Part shown: positions 63,401 to 64,000 of the stretch, in pieces | Position numbering within the stretch: position 1 is the stretch's first letter | Layout: each line of letters starts with the position of its first letter | Assembly: GCA_046563655.1 (NCBI GenBank) | Contig: CM102287.1 | Location: 7,936,001-8,000,000 of the forward strand | Length of the DNA stretch: 64,000 nucleotides | Origin: Yuukianura sp. NJ FZ-2021 | Taxonomy: Eukaryota | Direction: 5' to 3' | The notes under the pieces: model-generated | Seen by the model: the letters and a program-made list of their open reading frames with translations, nothing else | Database searches by the model: none | Told to the model about the DNA's origin: nothing | Translations under genes and position numbers: made by a program

Positions 63401-64000
63401 AACCGTTGGATGTGGAGCTCATGAGGAAGTTGGCGGACAAAGTCAATCTCATTCCGGTAATTGGCAAGGCGGATACAATGACTCCAGAAGAGTGTTCGGC
63501 CTTCAAGAAACAGGTAAGAATAAGAAAGAATTCATGCGTTTTACGTTAATAAAGTTTTTGTGGAGGAGGTGGAGTTGTTTTATTTTTGACTTTTTTGCTC
63601 TTAGATTCTGAACGAGTTGACGCAACAAAAAATAAAGATTTACTCATTCCCGGATATTGACGACGACGAGGAAAATAAACTAAACAAGCAATTGAAGGAT
63701 CGTGTTCCCTTTGCGGTGGTGGGCTCCAATACGATTCTGGAAGTCGATGGAAAGAAAGTGCGAGGGCGGAAGTATCCCTGGGGAACAGTTATCGGTAAGG
63801 CTAATGTACCCATTTTACTTTTTTCAACTTTCAACTTGGTGCTTCGCCGAGAAAGTTTAAACTAATTTGAGAACTTTGTTTATTCTCCATTTGTCCATAA
63901 ACAGTCGAAGACATGAACCATTCCGATTTTGTTCCACTACGAAACATGGTTTTGCGGACGCATCTTCAAGATCTGCTTCTGGTGAGGGATCTTGTTGCAA
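60421..64000 (+). CDS. pnut: Septin of the SEPT7/peanut group, truncated at window end; exons approx 60421-60507, 61691-62062, 62543-62891, 62972-63179, 63255-63512, 63605-63794, 63905-63981
   Basis: [38 protein letters not shown] (G1), IVDTPGYGD (G3), [11 protein letters not shown] (G4), RGRKYPWG. Confidence 0.93.

Overview
Eukaryotic, AT-rich, intron-containing DNA from an arthropod, probably a compact-genome hexapod or crustacean (introns mostly 60-130 nt, TTAGG telomere-type repeats; species not determinable). The left half (1-31.6 kb) is the anterior end of a Hox cluster: proboscipedia (pb, 6025-16295) then labial (lab, 26567-31206), both on +, set in gene-poor DNA rich in Exd/Hth, Hox/Exd and nuclear-receptor motifs. 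An antisense tRNA-Ser(GCT) lies in pb intron 1. About 1.1 kb past the lab stop the DNA becomes gene-dense: LRMDA-like LRR gene, STARD3/Start1, NACA, a Cys/Pro-rich Mn-motif (SAXO-like) gene with upstream X-boxes, CYLD, LZTFL1, MFSD11/UNC93-like with a RING+tandem-BRCT (BRCA1-like) gene nested antisense in its first intron, and a peanut/SEPT7 septin that runs off the right edge. Main points of interest: the lab-flanking genes have human homologues mostly on Hox-bearing chromosomes; the nested BRCA1-like gene; palindromic elements with (TTAGG)n at their centre; a 21-22 bp cis-module shared upstream of pb and lab; an extra intron in the pb homeobox; and a candidate pb microexon. Exon boundaries were read by eye from GT/AG signals and frame continuity; no database search was run.
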